From Ilumatobacteraceae bacterium (GTDB lineage: Bacteria; Actinomycetota; Acidimicrobiia; Acidimicrobiales; Ilumatobacteraceae): a stretch of 64,000 nt of DNA. The stretch covers positions 471,862 through 535,861 of the forward strand of contig CAWCQZ010000002.1 in NCBI GenBank assembly GCA_963797925.1. Direction: 5' to 3'. The notes beneath the pieces were generated by a model. The model was not told where the DNA came from. It saw only the letters and a program-made list of their open reading frames with translations, and did not search any database. Below, in pieces: positions 62,454-64,000 of the stretch. Each line of letters starts with the position of its first letter. Within the stretch, counting starts at the first letter, position 1. Made by a program: the position numbers and the translations under genes.

Positions 62454-63757
62454 CAGGGTGCTGAAATTCTTCTGATTGGTGCTCGCGTTCTGGGTTGGGA
62501 TCGAAAAGAATGGGGGCATGCGTGGGAGCCCTGATCGCCAGTTGTCAATGTTGTCGTCGTTGTCCACCGAAGATCTGATTCCGGCGGATCATCCGATCCG
62601 CCGGATCCGTGCCGTGGTCGACGAAGTGCTCGCGGGTCTCGACGCAGAGTTCGAGGCGATGTACGCGACGTCGGGTCGCCGGTCGGTGCCACCGGAGCAG
62701 TTGTTGAAGGCAACGGTGTTGATGGCGATGTACTCGATGCGCTCGGAGCGGGCGTTCTGCGAACGCCTCAACTACGACATGTTGTTCAAGTGGTTCCTCG
62801 ACCTGCCCATCGACGGCCGGGCGTTCGACGCGTCAACGTTCACCAAGAACCGCCAACGACTGTTGGAGCATGAGATCGCCGACAGGTTCTTCGCAGCCGT
62901 GGTCGCGCAAGCGAAGCTGCGCCGCTACATGTCGTCGGATCACTTCTCCGTCGATGGGACCCTGTTGCAGGCGTGGGCATCGAACAAGAGCTTCAAACCG
63001 GATCAGCCCGACGGCGACGGCGAGTCAGGTGATGGCAACGGGTTCAAGGGCCGCAACGCCGAGGTCGACTTCAAGGGCCAGAAGCGATCGAACAAGACGC
63101 ACACCTCGACCACTGACCCTGAAGCAATGCTGTTCCGCAAGAGCAACAACGCTGCAGCCGAGTTGTCCTACATGGGCCACCTGCTGATCGAGAACCGGTC
63201 CGCGCTGATCGTCGACGCCGACCTCACCGCGGCAACCGGGTTCGCGGAGCGGGACTGCGCGACCGACATGCTCAGACGGCTCCCGAAACGGGCCCGGCGA
63301 CGCACGGTTGCTGGGGACAAGAACTACGACACCAAAGACTTCGTTGCCGACGTGCGTGGTCTCGGGTTCACGCCTCACGTCGCGCAGAACACCACGAACC
63401 GGAGATCCGCGATCGACGGGCGCACCACCCGACACGCCGGCCATGTCGTGTCGCAACGGATCCGAAAACGGGTCGAGGAACCCTTCGGTTGGATCAAGAC
63501 CGTCGGCGCCGGCCGCAAGCTCCGCTACATCGGCCAACAACGAAACCGGGCCTGGTTCAAAATGGAAGCCGCGGTCTACAACATCATCAGAATCTCCGCT
63601 CTCGACGCCGCAGCAGGCGCATAGGCCACCGGCGCCGCCCAGTCGAGACGGAGTCTGGGCGACCGGCCCGGACAACACCGAAAATCGGTCCACAAACGAG
63701 CCAATCAGACCCGATCAGCACCGCCCAGGCCCGCAGACCCCGAATTTCCGCACCCTG
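62454..63757 (+). mobile_element. Insertion sequence, IS5/IS1182-like
   Basis: TIRs CAGGGTGCTGAAATTC (62454-62469) and GAATTTCCGCACCCTG (63742-63757) match 15/16; CTAG on both flanks (62450-62453 and 63758-63761). Confidence 0.92.
62518..63624 (+). CDS. DDE transposase
   Basis: LIPADHPIRRI, GRRSVPPE, SVDGTL, AGDKNYD, RKRVEEPFGWIK; uninterrupted ORF. Confidence 0.93.
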   Translation: MRGSPDRQLSMLSSLSTEDLIPADHPIRRIRAVVDEVLAGLDAEFEAMYATSGRRSVPPEQLLKATVLMAMYSMRSERAFCERLNYDMLFKWFLDLPIDGRAFDASTFTKNRQRLLEHEIADRFFAAVVAQAKLRRYMSSDHFSVDGTLLQAWASNKSFKPDQPDGDGESGDGNGFKGRNAEVDFKGQKRSNKTHTSTTDPEAMLFRKSNNAAAELSYMGHLLIENRSALIVDADLTAATGFAERDCATDMLRRLPKRARRRTVAGDKNYDTKDFVADVRGLGFTPHVAQNTTNRRSAIDGRTTRHAGHVVSQRIRKRVEEPFGWIKTVGAGRKLRYIGQQRNRAWFKMEAAVYNIIRISALDAAAGA

Positions 63758-64000
63758 CTAGAAGCGTCCGCCGTCGACCATGAACTGCTGAGCGGTGCAT
63801 GCAGCGCTGTCGTCGGCGGCGAGGAACAGCACCATCTGGGCGAACTCGGCCGGGTAGATGCGGCGCTTGATCGCCTGGTCGCGCAGCGTGCCTGCCTCGC
63901 CCTCGGGGCTCCACCACTTGGTGAGCTGGCGCTCGGTGGCCACCCACCCCGGCAGCACGGTGTTGACCCGGACGCCCTGGGGGCCAAAGGTGCGAGCGAG
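63758..64000 (-). CDS. SDR-family oxidoreductase (5'-partial)
   Basis: ARTFGPQGVRVNTVLPGWVATERQ...VLFLAADDS..CTAQQFMVDGG. Confidence 0.85.
   Translation of the reverse strand, partial: LARTFGPQGVRVNTVLPGWVATERQLTKWWSPEGEAGTLRDQAIKRRIYPAEFAQMVLFLAADDSAACTAQQFMVDGGRF

Noticed and set aside
1-64000. tRNA, rRNA, prophage or defence-system genes
   Set aside because: None recognised by eye; intergenic spaces are short. A covariance-model scan would be needed to exclude small RNAs.

Overview
High-GC actinobacterial chromosome segment, most likely Acidimicrobiia (Ilumatobacter-like; inferred from gene content and order). It is mostly core genome: dksA-like/lspA/rluD, bpa, dnaE, fabI, mshC, thrS, the PI/PIM lipid genes (pgsA-patA-pimA), pdxST, yebC, ruvCAB, queA/tgt, yajC-secDF, apt, rel, hisS, aspS and pyrR-pyrB-pyrC-carA-carB-pyrD-mihF-gmk. 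Accessory inserts are a selenocysteine formate dehydrogenase operon (in-frame UGA plus SECIS hairpin) between queA and tgt, a PAS-GGDEF-EAL gene inside the PIM cluster, a DUF222/HNH gene and an intact IS5/IS1182-like element. Many genes, including essential ones, carry single-base frameshifts that are best explained as long-read assembly errors. The most unusual signal is translational. About 20 genes look leaderless (TANNNT 6-8 nt before the start). At six operon junctions the gap is filled by a tiny ORF (5-23 aa) whose start overlaps the upstream stop. In five of these its stop also overlaps the downstream start, and the junction sequence is often duplicated, resembling mycobacterial MIRU elements. 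One bridge also carries tandem ArgR-like boxes ahead of carA. All calls come from reading the sequence; no database searches were run.
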